Shown here: positions 46,682-57,162 of the stretch, one piece after another
Numbering within the stretch: position 1 is the first letter of the stretch
How the letters are laid out: each line of letters opens with the position of its first letter
Assembly: GCA_963818495.1 (NCBI GenBank)
Contig: CAWFSH010000012.1
Span: 73,008 to 137,007 of the forward strand
Source: an uncultured Actinomycetota bacterium
Lineage (GTDB): Bacteria; Actinomycetota; Actinomycetes; Mycobacteriales; Micromonosporaceae
Reading direction: 5' to 3'
DNA: 64,000 nucleotides
The notes under the pieces: model-generated
Told to the model about the DNA's origin: nothing
Database searches by the model: none
The model's input: only the letters and a program-made list of their open reading frames with translations
Translations under genes and position numbers: made by a program

Positions 46682-49204
46682 TCAACCCTGACAACAGGCA
46701 CCGACCGACAGGCGTACCACCGGCGGTGTTCTGCCGTGCTCCGGCGAACAGGGCCGCCCGCCGAGCGATGGTTGCCCCCGACGGCCGCTCGACCGCGATG
46801 GGCAGCGACCGAGTCGTGCGCGTGCGGAATTCGCGCGGGCGTCGTTGTCGACGAACATGACGAACCGAAGTGAGTCGGCACGTGCGTCGACTGTCGCGCC
46901 GATAATCACGGTCGCGCCAGTCCTCTCGGGTCGATGGTGGTCGGCCGGAAGCCTGATTGAGCGTACGGCATCGATGCCCGCTCGGCCGGGGCGGTCAGCG
47001 CCCCAGTTCGACGTAGCCGATGCGGCATCGGATTCGGGATCCAGGTCGGCCGAGCCTTCGACGATCGCATCGACAGCACCCGAGGTCGAGACCGTCGGGA
47101 TGAGCTCCTCGAACTTCCGGCTGACCACCTGCCAGTCCCAGGTCTGGATCGCGGTCGTCGCCGCCGCCGCGCCCGCCGCGCGCCAGACGTCTTCGCGCTG
47201 CGTGAGTTCCAAGATCCGCGCCGCCGCCTGCTGTGGCGTGTCGACCACCCAGTCGCTGGGAAACAGCGTGCGAGCGCTGTGCCGCCGCCCGGCGAAATAC
47301 GGCCAGTCGCGCACGACCGGGATGGCACCGCTCGCCGCTCCTTCGACAAGTGAGCAGTGGAGGCTCTCCTGCAAAGACGAGCTGAGGATCACCCCGATCT
47401 GGGTGAGCGCCGCCGGGACGTCATCGACGTGGCCAGCGAGGGCGACCGCGCCGGTCGCCTCGGCATCGGCGAGTTCGGCCGTGAGCAACTCGAAGTACTC
47501 GCGGGCGGCCCGGCTCATTTTTGTATCCGGCTCCGCACCAACCAGCACCAGCTGATAGCGCTCGTCGGTCCGCCGTAGTTCCTGGACGACCTCGATTGCC
47601 CAGCGAGGATCCTTCGCGACGCTTCCAATGCCGACGACCCCCAGCGTGAAGCGAGCGTCGCTGGACTTGGGGTGGGCATCGAGTGAGTTCCATCGCGTTG
47701 TCGATCACGGATACACGCGTTCGTGCCGTCGCCAACTGTGGTAGCAGGGCGACGCCGAGATCCCGCACGTGCTCGGAGACGAAGACGAGATCGTCGACGC
47801 GATCGAAGTCCACCAGGTGTGGCCAGATCGAGAACGCCTCGAAGCCATGCCACCGGACGATCACCCGCGTGCTGCCCGGATCGATCATGGAGAACATCGC
47901 CGCGGTCGCGACGCAACCGTCGACAAAGACCGTGTCGGCCCATTCCAGATGCGGGGTGAGCCACTCGTCGACGCGGTGGCCGTACGCTGTCGTGCCGGCG
48001 AGTGCATGCTCCATCATCTGCTTGATCGAGCGAGTCAATCGCGACCTGCGCCGTCCTCGGCAAGGTCGATAACGCGGACGTTCACGGCTGGGTTTGCTTC
48101 GAACAGTTGCCGGATCTCAGTGAGGAAACTCGGGTTGCCGTTCGTCGCAAGTAGCAAATGCATCGGTCGATCGGTCGGCGGCGCCGCCGCCGGAGCCGAC
48201 CTGCCGCGCGGTGCCGCTAGGGCCATAGCCGCGGTGCTGCGCCGCCATGGCTCCATGAACGCGTCCGGGTCGTCGATCAACGGTGACGACATGCGATCCA
48301 GATGCAGCATTCGATGGAACAACAGCCGCCGCGCGGCGTCCAAGGCATCGGCCGCCTTATGGTAATGGCCGGCGGAGCGGGCGGCATCAGCGAGTTCGAG
48401 TTGCGCGTGCAGCGCGCGGGGTAACGAGGGCGTCACGCCCGCCGCGATCTCGCTGGCCGCTTCCCGCGCGAGCAGCGTCGCACGCTGTTCCGGCTTGCCG
48501 AGGTGCACGAGCGCCGCGTCAGTGGCGGCGAGCGCCTGCTGCGGGCGGCCCGCAGCCATCATGTTCACATGGGCGCGATATGCAATCTTGGTCCGTACGT
48601 TCGGTGGGATCCCGGGGGCCGACGCCAGCGCCGTCCAGGCGCTGACGCCGACGCGGCTTCGCATGACGGTCGGCGACACTGCGAGCCGAGCGGCCCGCCG
48701 CACAGTAGCGATCGCCTCGCGCCGGGTGCGACGCACGACTCGACGACCAACGACGGGCACGTGGCCGACGACGGACGCGCCCGCCGGCAACGGCTCGCCG
48801 AGGAACTTGTCGAGCAGGGCCAATGCCGGCGCGAGGCCGTAGATCGCCTGCGGACGTCGGTGGCGCTGCGCGAGCTCCCAGACCGCGTGGACCGAGCCCT
48901 GATCCAGCGCCACAATCAGATTCGCGTGCCGAGACTTCGCGCGAAACCACGGATCCGCGTGGAACCTGATCCACCGCCGGTACGACGGCGAGGTGGCCCT
49001 CGGCCGCCGGCGGATGCTGACCTCGCCGCTCTGTATTGCGGCTGGCAGGCTGCGAACCTCGACATGCTCGTCGGGTATTGCGTATTCGGTGGCGTCAAAG
49101 TCACACATGACTGACAGCTCGACCTTGCGCGCCACGATTTGTTCGATGGCGTCCAGCAGAACCGACTCGCGGATCGGACCGGTTAGCGCGAGCACCTTGA
49201 TCAT
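46682..49204 (-). CDS. large two-domain glycosyltransferase (N-terminal helical domain plus GT4-like C-domain), paralogue of 52337..54050; frameshifts at ~47420-47550 and ~48040
   Basis: ATG at 49204 overlaps the upstream stop (ATGA). MIKVLALTGPIRESVLLDAIEQIV...DRPMHLLLATNGNPSFLTEIRQLF. Then MMEHALAG...WADTVFVDGCVATAAMFSMIDPGSTRVIVRWHGFEAF...DDLVFVSEHVRDL. Then ...LQESLHCSLVEGAASGAIPVVRDWPYF. Confidence 0.8.
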
Positions 49205-50694
49205 CGCGCCAGCTCCCCGGTTGTCATCTCCCCGGTCGTCAATTCCCCGATCGTCAATTCCCCGGCCGTCATTTCCCCGGTTGTCGCACCCACCAGCGCG
49301 CTTACCTCTCGCACGGCGGGACGCATCAGTGCGCCGCGAGCATATTTGCGGGCATGGGCCCGGGCCTGGTCTCGCTGTTCGTCGGTGGCCTCGACGGCGA
49401 TCCGTGCACCCTCGACGAACAGGTCGGCAAGCGGTCGCGCGTCAAGCCCGACCGCACCTGTCCAGAGCGGATGACCGGCCAGCACGGTGGACGCGTCGTG
49501 CTCGATCTCGTGCGCAGACACGATCGGCAACCCGCTCGCCATCACCTCGTAGACCTTGCCCGACGTCACGAACCGGCCACCGACGAGGGGAAGCATCAGC
49601 ACGTCCCAGCCGGCGTAGAGCGCGCTGACGTCGGCCTTCGGCACCGGTCCGCCGAAGCTCACGCCGTCTTCGGCATGTTCGTCCAGCAGGTTCGAATGGC
49701 TGTTCGCACCGCGCAGCGCGCCGGCGCCCATGTGTCCGCGGAACTCCATACGGGAGCGTGCCACGACCGGGTCGAGTCGCCGAGCGATCCGCCAGGCCGT
49801 CAAGATCGAGTCTAGGGCGGCCGGGCTGAAGTTGATCGAGCCGAGATAGCCGAAGGTGAGACCCTGCTCGGGGCGCGGACGGCGGTAGACGTCAGGCAAG
49901 CTGTCCTCGTCATAGCCGTTGCGCACGACGTGGACGCGATCGGCGATCGCCGGATAGCGGTCGCGGTAGAAACCGGCGATCGGATCGTTGACGCACCACA
50001 CGGCCACGGCCTCGGCGAGCACCTTTCGCTCCCAACGGCCGGCGGTCGAATCCGGTGCAAACGCTTCCGTGCCGGCGATGACATCGATTGACCAGCCGTC
50101 CCGGAAGTCGACGACATACGGCACCCGGTGTTCCTCCCACAGACGCCACGTCGCCGCGAGATTCACGTACGGTGCGCAGGAGGTCATCAAGAGATCGGCC
50201 GGATGCTTTCGGTGGACCTGGAGAACCGCCTTCTCCAAGGCCGCGCGAAATCCGCCGAAAACCGGCTCCGGAAACGATTCGAGGACGCGCTTGTCGTGTG
50301 CCGCTCGCCACCTCGCGGGCGAGAGTGCGCGCACCTCGGCGAAGCGGCGGATGTCGGTTTCGAGATCTTGGCGTACCAGCGGCAGCTCCACGATCCGGAT
50401 CCGCGGATCGACGCCGGCCATCAGCGTGTGGTCGATGCCGAACTCGCGCTCCCATGCCCGCTCGCACAGATTGATCACGGTGACGTCCCAGCCGAGCGAC
50501 GCGAATTGGTTTGCGGTGGCGCGCAGCCGGTAGGTGCTGCTCTTCGCAGCGGGCGGAAATCCGATCGCGAGATAGATGACATGCGGTCGGTGGCCTGGAC
50601 GAAGCGCTGCCGCCGGGCCATCCGATGTCGGCCCCGAAGGGCGACGGCGAAGTGTCCGAACGAATTTCGTGTTGTCCACAGGTGAAAACCGCAT
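49201..50694 (-). CDS. family 4 glycosyltransferase with C-terminal (GE[ML]T[TAI]) pentapeptide repeats
   Basis: Intact. ATG at 50694 (the longer ORF to 50946 runs into the A/T-rich promoter region). VIYLAIGFPPAAKSSTYRLRATANQFASLGWDVTVI...FGYLGSINF...GKVYEVMASGLPIVSAHE...TTGEMTAGELTIGELTTGEMTTGELAR. Confidence 0.85.
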   Translation of the reverse strand: MRFSPVDNTKFVRTLRRRPSGPTSDGPAAALRPGHRPHVIYLAIGFPPAAKSSTYRLRATANQFASLGWDVTVINLCERAWEREFGIDHTLMAGVDPRIRIVELPLVRQDLETDIRRFAEVRALSPARWRAAHDKRVLESFPEPVFGGFRAALEKAVLQVHRKHPADLLMTSCAPYVNLAATWRLWEEHRVPYVVDFRDGWSIDVIAGTEAFAPDSTAGRWERKVLAEAVAVWCVNDPIAGFYRDRYPAIADRVHVVRNGYDEDSLPDVYRRPRPEQGLTFGYLGSINFSPAALDSILTAWRIARRLDPVVARSRMEFRGHMGAGALRGANSHSNLLDEHAEDGVSFGGPVPKADVSALYAGWDVLMLPLVGGRFVTSGKVYEVMASGLPIVSAHEIEHDASTVLAGHPLWTGAVGLDARPLADLFVEGARIAVEATDEQRDQARAHARKYARGALMRPAVREVSALVGATTGEMTAGELTIGELTTGEMTTGELAR

Positions 50695-50992
50695 TCTGTT
50701 GTGCGCTCGCGTGCGCGGAGGTTCGGTTGCGGCCGGCTCGGCATCTGATGAACCACGACAATATATGGGCAAGTTTATGGTCGACAAACCAGTCGTAGTG
50801 TGTCGATCCCCGTGATCGATGCCCAATACGCTGAAGTAAGCTCCCCGCGGACGGCCGAACCGCATCGCCGCGCACCACGTCTCGCGACACCGTGGAAGCA
50901 CCCGCTCGGCGATCTTGGACGATCGAGACATCACGCCGCACGACATAGCCGCTTGGTCGGCTGCTTAACCGGATACGTGAGGAGATCGTGAC
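50695..50992. promoter_or_regulatory. divergent promoter region of the two outward-facing glycopolymer operons
   Basis: ~300 nt, clearly more A/T-rich than the flanks by eye, between a minus-strand GT4 start and the plus-strand wecB-like start (GAGGAG 9 nt upstream of the GTG at 50993). Confidence 0.5.
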
Positions 50993-52096
50993 GTGAAGGT
51001 GGTCAGCGTCGTCGGTGCCCGACCACAGCTCGTCAAGCTGGCGCCGATCGCCGCGGCGTTCGCGAAGACCGACCACACCCATGTGATCGTGCACACCGGT
51101 CAGCACTACGACGCCGAACTGTCGGACGTATTCTTCGCCGGCCTCGGCATCCCGGCACCAGATGTTCATCTAGGGATCGGGTCGGCGAGTCACGGCGTAC
51201 AGACGGGGGCCACCCTCGCCGCTATGGACCCGGTGCTGGATCTCGAACGCCCCGATTGGGTGCTCGTGTACGGCGACACGAACTCGACTCTGGCCGGGGC
51301 ACTGGCCGCGGTGAAAATGCACATCCCGGTGGCGCACGTGGAGGCGGGCCTGCGGTCGTTCAACCGCGAGATGCCCGAGGAACATAACCGCATCCTCACT
51401 GACCACGCCGCAGACCTGCTCCTCGCCCCGACCGAGGAAGCCGTCCGGCACCTGGGCATGGAGGGCCTTGCCGAGCGCGCTGTGCTATCCGGCGACGTCA
51501 TGGTGGACGTATGCCTGAGCGTCCGCGAGGCGGTCTTGCGCGGTGAGTTCGCCCCGCCCGACCTGCCGGAGGGCATCGACCCGGCGAGGCCCTACCTGGT
51601 CGCCACGCTGCACCGCGCGGCCAACACCGACGACCCCGATCGGCTGGCCGAACTGCTGGACTCGCTGGCCGGGCTGCCCATGCCAGTGGCGCTGCTGGCC
51701 CATCCCCGCCTCGTCGCCCGAGCGGAAGCGTTCGGCCTCTCGGTTCGTCGTGGCTCGTTACACGCGGGACGGCCGTTGCCGTACGCCGGTCTGATCGCCG
51801 CCGTGCTTGGGGCCAGTGGCGTCATCACCGACTCGGGCGGGCTGCAGAAGGAGGCATACCTTCTCGGCCGGCCGTGCACCACGCTGCGCAGCGAGACCGA
51901 GTGGTCGGAGACGCTCGCCGACGGCTGGAACGCGCTCGCGCCTAGCCCGGCCACGCTCGGCGCCGAACCATGGGCTCGCCTGGCCATCCGACCGACCCCG
52001 ACTGCGGCACGAGCGATGCCGTACGGCGATGGGCACGCCGCCGAACGCATCGTCAAGCTGCTGGCCGAGCGGCAGATCAAGCCCAGCACGGGCTAG
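50993..52096 (+). CDS. wecB: UDP-N-acetylglucosamine 2-epimerase (non-hydrolysing; WecB/MnaA/WbpI family)
   Basis: Intact 367 aa: MKVVSVVGARPQLVKLAPI...VHTGQHYD...VLVYGDTNSTLAGALAAVKMHIPVAHVEAGLRSFNREMPEEHNRILTDH...ITDSGGLQKEAY. Confidence 0.92.
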   Translation: MKVVSVVGARPQLVKLAPIAAAFAKTDHTHVIVHTGQHYDAELSDVFFAGLGIPAPDVHLGIGSASHGVQTGATLAAMDPVLDLERPDWVLVYGDTNSTLAGALAAVKMHIPVAHVEAGLRSFNREMPEEHNRILTDHAADLLLAPTEEAVRHLGMEGLAERAVLSGDVMVDVCLSVREAVLRGEFAPPDLPEGIDPARPYLVATLHRAANTDDPDRLAELLDSLAGLPMPVALLAHPRLVARAEAFGLSVRRGSLHAGRPLPYAGLIAAVLGASGVITDSGGLQKEAYLLGRPCTTLRSETEWSETLADGWNALAPSPATLGAEPWARLAIRPTPTAARAMPYGDGHAAERIVKLLAERQIKPSTG

Positions 52097-52336
52097 CGGC
52101 CAACCCATCGGCGATGCCTCGTCGGACCGCCGCCGGGCCTCGCCGCGCTCCCATCTGGGCCGGCGAGGCTCGTTGCCGACGATCTCGCTGTGGCATACTG
52201 GCGCCACAATCCGACGACAGTCGACGCTCGGCCAGGTGTTGCGAATCGTTCGCGGTCGCCATCTCGTGAAGGAAATCTGCCCCCTCATGATCGTGGAACG
52301 CTCCGGTGCGTCGATAGTCACCCTCCGGCGTCGAGG

Positions 52337-54050
52337 ATGAACGCGGCACGGTCGGCTCGGCGGATCTCGAAGGCGACGCTGCGCGTCGTGGTCCCACCGA
52401 CGATCATGCGTTCGCGAGCGGCCGCCCGGCTCTGGACAGCGGCGGTCTCCACGCCCGGCTTGCCCGATACGGTGCGCCTAGAGCTGGCCGACCGGGTCCA
52501 CTCGAGCCTGCTCGATGCCGGATATCCGGCGTTCGCAGCCCAGGTCTCGCACAACGTCCGGCGGCGGATCAAGAGCCCGCGGCGACGGGCGGATCTGCTC
52601 CTGCGCCAGGCGAACGCGCAGATCCGTTTCGGAACGCCGGCCGGGCTCACCGCTGCCGCCGCCGCCGAACTGGCGTTTGCCGACAATTCCCTCGCCAAGG
52701 GTGACGTCCGCAAGGCGGTCGCGTCGGTTCACGCGGTCCAGCGCCTCCTGTTTGATCGACGGCTTCACTTCGATCGGCTGTCCTCGCCGCTAGCCGAAGA
52801 TGCCGGCCGCTTCCTCGCCGCCTGGCACGAAAGTTCGGCGGTCCAGGCGCTGTCGGCGGCCCGGGGCCGGCGTGCAGAGGCCAGCCCACTGCCGACCGAT
52901 CGGCCGGTGCGTCTGCTTCTGGCCACGTACGGCAATCACGGTTTCATCGAGCTCATTCGGCGGCATTTCGCGGATATGCCGGGCGTCGAGGTGCGATTCA
53001 TCGATCCAACGGGCGACGCACCCACCGTGGCTCTAATGAATAATCAGCGAGCGATGATGGAACACATCTTGTCGGGGCGATCGCCCTACGGCGACAAGGT
53101 TTCCGCGTGGCTCCAGCCCGAGATCGAGTGGGCCGATGTCGTGTTCGTCGACTGGTGTGCCGCACTCGCGGTGCTGTTTTCGATGATCGACCCCGGGACG
53201 ACCCGCATCGTCGTCCGCCTGCACAGTTTCGAAGCGTTTGCCGCGTGGCCACACTTCGTCGACTTCTCCCGGGTGGACGACTTGATATTCGTGTCTGACC
53301 CCCTGCGTGATCTGGTCACGGCGGCGGTGCCGGCGGTGAGATCCGGTGGAGCGCGACTCCGGGTGGTCCCGAACGCGATGGACCTGCAGACGTTCGCGTG
53401 CGAGAAGAAGCCGGGCGCTCGATTCACGCTAGCGGTGCCTGGGATCAAGGCGGTCGCTAAGGATCCTCGCTGGGCGGTCGAGGTGCTGCGACACCTCCGA
53501 GCCCATGACGATCGGTACCGATTGGTGTTGTTCGGCAAAGACATCAACGGGGCGGACAGCCCGGACGCCCAGCGATACCTCGATCTCCTTCTCGCGGACA
53601 TTGCCGACCTGGAAGAGTCCGGCGCCGTGTCGCGGCCGGGTCATGTCACCGACATGGCCGGCGCACTGACCGAGGTCGGGTCGTCGTCAGCAGCTCGGTT
53701 CGGGAGAGCTTCCACTGCGGCTCGTCGAGGGCGCCGCCAGCGGCGCCGTGCCCGTCGTGCGGGACTGGCCGTTCTTCGCCGACAAGGCCAACGGCGCGCA
53801 CACCCTGTTCCCGCCGGACTGGATCGTCGATACCCCGCGGGCCGCCGCCGATCGCATCCTGGCCGCCACCGCCTCAGAGGAAATCTGGCGGAAGACGGGC
53901 GCCGACGCGTCCGCCCACGCGCTGGCCGCCTGGGACTGGGACCTCGTCAAGCATCAATTCGACTGGCTGGTGCACGATGAGGGCACCGGCACGGGAGCGG
54001 GTGCCCCCGAGCCTCCAAACGGCCGAGGCGCACCGCGCCGCACGCGTAAA
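52337..54050 (+). CDS. two-domain GT4-like glycosyltransferase, paralogue of 46682..49204; frameshift ~53680-53750; 3' end uncertain
   Basis: ATG at 52337. RLLFDRRLHFDRLSSPLAEDAGRFLAAW...DRPVRLLLATYGNHGFIELIRRHF...WADVVFVDWCAALAVLFSMIDPGTTRIVVRLHSFEAF...DDLIFVSDPLRDL...ARFTLAVPGIKAVAKDPRWAVEVL. Then PVVRDWPFFADKANGAHTLFPPDWIV...DWDLVKHQFDWLV. The in-frame ORF has no stop before the next gene. Confidence 0.78.
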
Positions 54051-54135
54051 CGGTCGCTAAACTCCTTGGCGCCGCGGCGTTCGCCCATGATCGGCACGAA
54101 CGTACGGAACGGGCATGAAGAAGGCGGAGGAATAG

Positions 54136-55844
54136 ATGCAGTCGACGACAGACACCGGGGCACCGGCACCGGCACCGGCACCGGCACCGGCACCGGCACG
54201 CATCGTCATGCTCGTCGACAATGGCGTCAACGGCGACTCACGCGTGCAGAAGACCGCGAAGTCGGCCGCGGCGGCCGGATGGGACGTCATCCTCGTCGGC
54301 AAATCGCCGAGCGGGAGTCCGCAGACCTGGCGGCTCGGATCCGCGGAGGTCCAGCTGTTGCGCATGCCGAGCCCGCTGAAGGCCCGACGCCATGAGTTCC
54401 GGCGGCGATGGATCGTCGCGCCGTTTGCATATCCGCCGACCGGGATCGCGGAGCATCGCGCCCAGTCCGTACGGGCGTGGCAGGCGGACCTGGCCGTCCG
54501 GCGTGCGCTGTTGAAGCAGAGCGAGCGGCCGTCGACGTTTCGGCGCCAGAGCCTTCGAGTCCAATCGTTGGCCGCGCGAGTCCTCCGCAAATGGGTGTCG
54601 TTCCGCCGCTGGCAGCTCAGCATCGGCCGGCGCTATCGAGGTTCGCTGCGCAGGCCGTGGGATCGCGTCTACACGTGGTTCTGGCAACGGCTGCGAACGA
54701 GCGGTCGTGGCGGCGGCTCGAACCAGAGCTCTGGGACTACGAGCTGGCCTACGCGCCGGCGGTCGACCCCCTGAAGCCGGACATCATCTACGCCAACGAC
54801 TTCCGGATGTCGGCGTCGGTGCCCGCGCGAAGATCCGCGCCGCCGCCAAGAAGCGTGACATCAAGCTCATCTGGGACTCCACGAATATCTGCCCGGCGTG
54901 AAGCCCCGGGTGGATAACGGGCGCTGGATGGTCGCCAACCACGCTCACGAACGGGAGTACGTGAAGTACGCGGACGCCGTGATCACCGTCTCCGAGAAGC
55001 TCGCCGAGATGCTCAAGGCCGACCATTAGCTTCCCGAACGCCCGCCGTCGTGCTGAACACGCCGGGCGCGGCCGATATGCGGGCGCGAGGTCCCCGGCGC
55101 CGGGGACATCCGGACCGCGTGCGGCGTGGACGCCGACACGCCGATGGTGGTCTATAGCGGCGCCGCCGCCGCACTCGCGGCATGAACGTCATGGTCAAGG
55201 CCATGCCGATCCTCGACGAGACGCGCGTGGCCTTGTCGGCAACTGAACATCTGGGCCATATATGACCACGCTGAAGGCCCGGGCCAAGGAGCTCGGCACG
55301 GCCGACCGGCTGCACGTGATGCCATACGTGCCGCACGACCAGGTCGTCGGGTTCCTGTCCACCGCGACCGGGGCGTCATTCCGATCCACCACTGGCTCAA
55401 CCACGAGATCCAACTGATCACGAAGTTCTTCGAGTATTCGCACGCTCGACTCCCGATCATGGTCAGCGATGTCGAGACGATGGCCGCGACGGTACGCGCG
55501 AACGGTCAAGGCGAGGTGTTCCGCGTCGAGGACGTCGAGGACTACGTCCGCGCCGTCAAGGCGATGATCTCGGATCCGGAGCGTATCGCGCGGCGTACGA
55601 CAAGATCGATCTTGACGCGTGGACGTGGGAGGCCCAGGCGGGCCACCAGGATAAGGTTTACCGGCGCCTCGCGCCGATCGGCCGCCAACCGCAGGGTGTC
55701 GTCACATCGAATCCGGTGGTCTCGCCAGAGTCGGCACAGTCCCCGAATTCGGTGCAGTCCCCGAATCCGGCAGCTCGCCGGCATCGGCAGCTCGGCCTGA
55801 GTAACTGGCCTCCAGCAGCAATCGAAATGAAGGGTCAGCAATGA
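54136..55844 (+). CDS. GT4-like glycosyltransferase, paralogue of 57163..58732; at least 5 frameshifts
   Basis: ATG at 54136 after GGAGGA. MQSTTDTG(AP)6ARIVMLVDNGVNGDSRVQKTAKSAAAAGWDVILVG...WRRLEPELWDYELAYAPAVDPLKPDIIYANDFRM...IPIHHWLNHEIQLITKFFEYSHARLPIMVSDVETMAATVRANGQGEVFRVEDVEDYVRAVKAMISDPERY...WTWEAQ. The final frame ends in TGA at 55842-55844, overlapping the next ATG (ATGA). Confidence 0.8.
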
Positions 55845-57091
55845 CAGATGTCGTCATCCTGGGGCTGGGGTACGTCGGCCTGCCGCTCGCCAACGAGGCG
55901 ACCCGAGCGGGCGCGTCGGTGCTCGGCTTCGACATTCGGTCGACCGTCGTCGACGCGCTGAACGCCGGGCGGTCGCACGTCGACGACCTGTCCGACACCG
56001 ACATCGCCGAGATGCTCGCGGGCGGATTCCGCGCCACCACCGATGAGAACGAGATCCGTCGGCCGGGACCGCGGTCATCTGCGTGCCCACCCCGCTCTCC
56101 GCCGACGGCGGCCCGGACCTGGGCGCGGTCGAGTCGGCCACCCGGACGGTCGCGCAACCTGCGGCCGGGATGCTGGTCGTGCTGGAGTCGACCACCTACC
56201 CGGGCACCACCGACGAGGTGGTCCGGCCGATCCTCGAGGAGCTCCGGGCTGCACGCCGGTGTCGACTTCAACCTCGCCTTCTCCCCCGAACGCATCGACC
56301 CGGGCAACAAGCAGTTCGGTCCCCGCAACACGCCCAAGGTGGTCGGCGGCGACACGCCGGGTTGCACCGAGCGGGCGGCGGCGTTCTACGGCGGGTTCGT
56401 CGACACGATCGTCCGCACCAAGGGCACCCGCGAGGCGGAGACGGCCAAGCTGCTGGAGAACACCTACCGGCACGTCAACATCGCGCTGGTCAACGAGATG
56501 GCCCGGTTCTGCCACGAGCTCGGCATCGACCTCTGGGACGTGATCCACGCGGCGACCACCAAGCCGTTCGGCTTCCAGGCGTTCTACCCCGGCCCGGGCG
56601 TCGGCGGTCACTGCATCCCGATCGACCCGAACTACCTGTCCCACAACGTGCGCGCGAAGCTCGGATACCCGTTCCGCTTCGTCGAGCTGGCCCAGGAGAT
56701 CAACGCGACGATGCCGGCGTACGTCGTCGGGCGCGCGCAGAACATCCTCAACGATGCCGGTCTGGCCGTGAACGGGTCCCGCATGCTGATGCTCGGCGTG
56801 ACCTACAAGCCGGACATCGCCGATCAGCGGGAGTCGCCGGCCATCCCGCTCGCCCGCCTGCTGAACGCCCTGGGCGCCAAGATCCTCTACCACGATCCGC
56901 AGGTGACCAACTGGCGCATCCCGGGCGTCGAGGTGCCGCGCGTGGACGACCTCGGGTCGCCGCGGGCGAGGCCGACCTGGTGATCCTCGTGCAGAACCAC
57001 GCGTGTACGACGCCGAGAAGCTGCTCTGCTGCCTCGGCGGTTCTTCGACACCCGGGGCGTCACGTCCGGCGAGGCGTCGCATCGGCTGTAG
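55841..57091 (+). CDS. UDP-N-acetyl-D-glucosamine/mannosamine 6-dehydrogenase (WbpA/WecC-like); at least 4 frameshifts
   Basis: MTDVVILGLGYVGLPLANEATRAGASVLGFDI...VPTPLSADGGPDLGAVESA...MLVVLESTTYPGTTDEVV...FNLAFSPERIDPGN...AKLLENTYRHVNIALVNEMA...PGPGVGGHCIPIDP...MLGVTYKPDIADQRESPA...EADLVILVQNHA. Confidence 0.88.
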
Positions 57092-57162
57092 CCGTTGGCC
57101 GGGCGACGCGGTTCTGCGGCCTCCGGCCACGAATCTGGCCGCCGAGGCCTCCGGCAGCGAAG

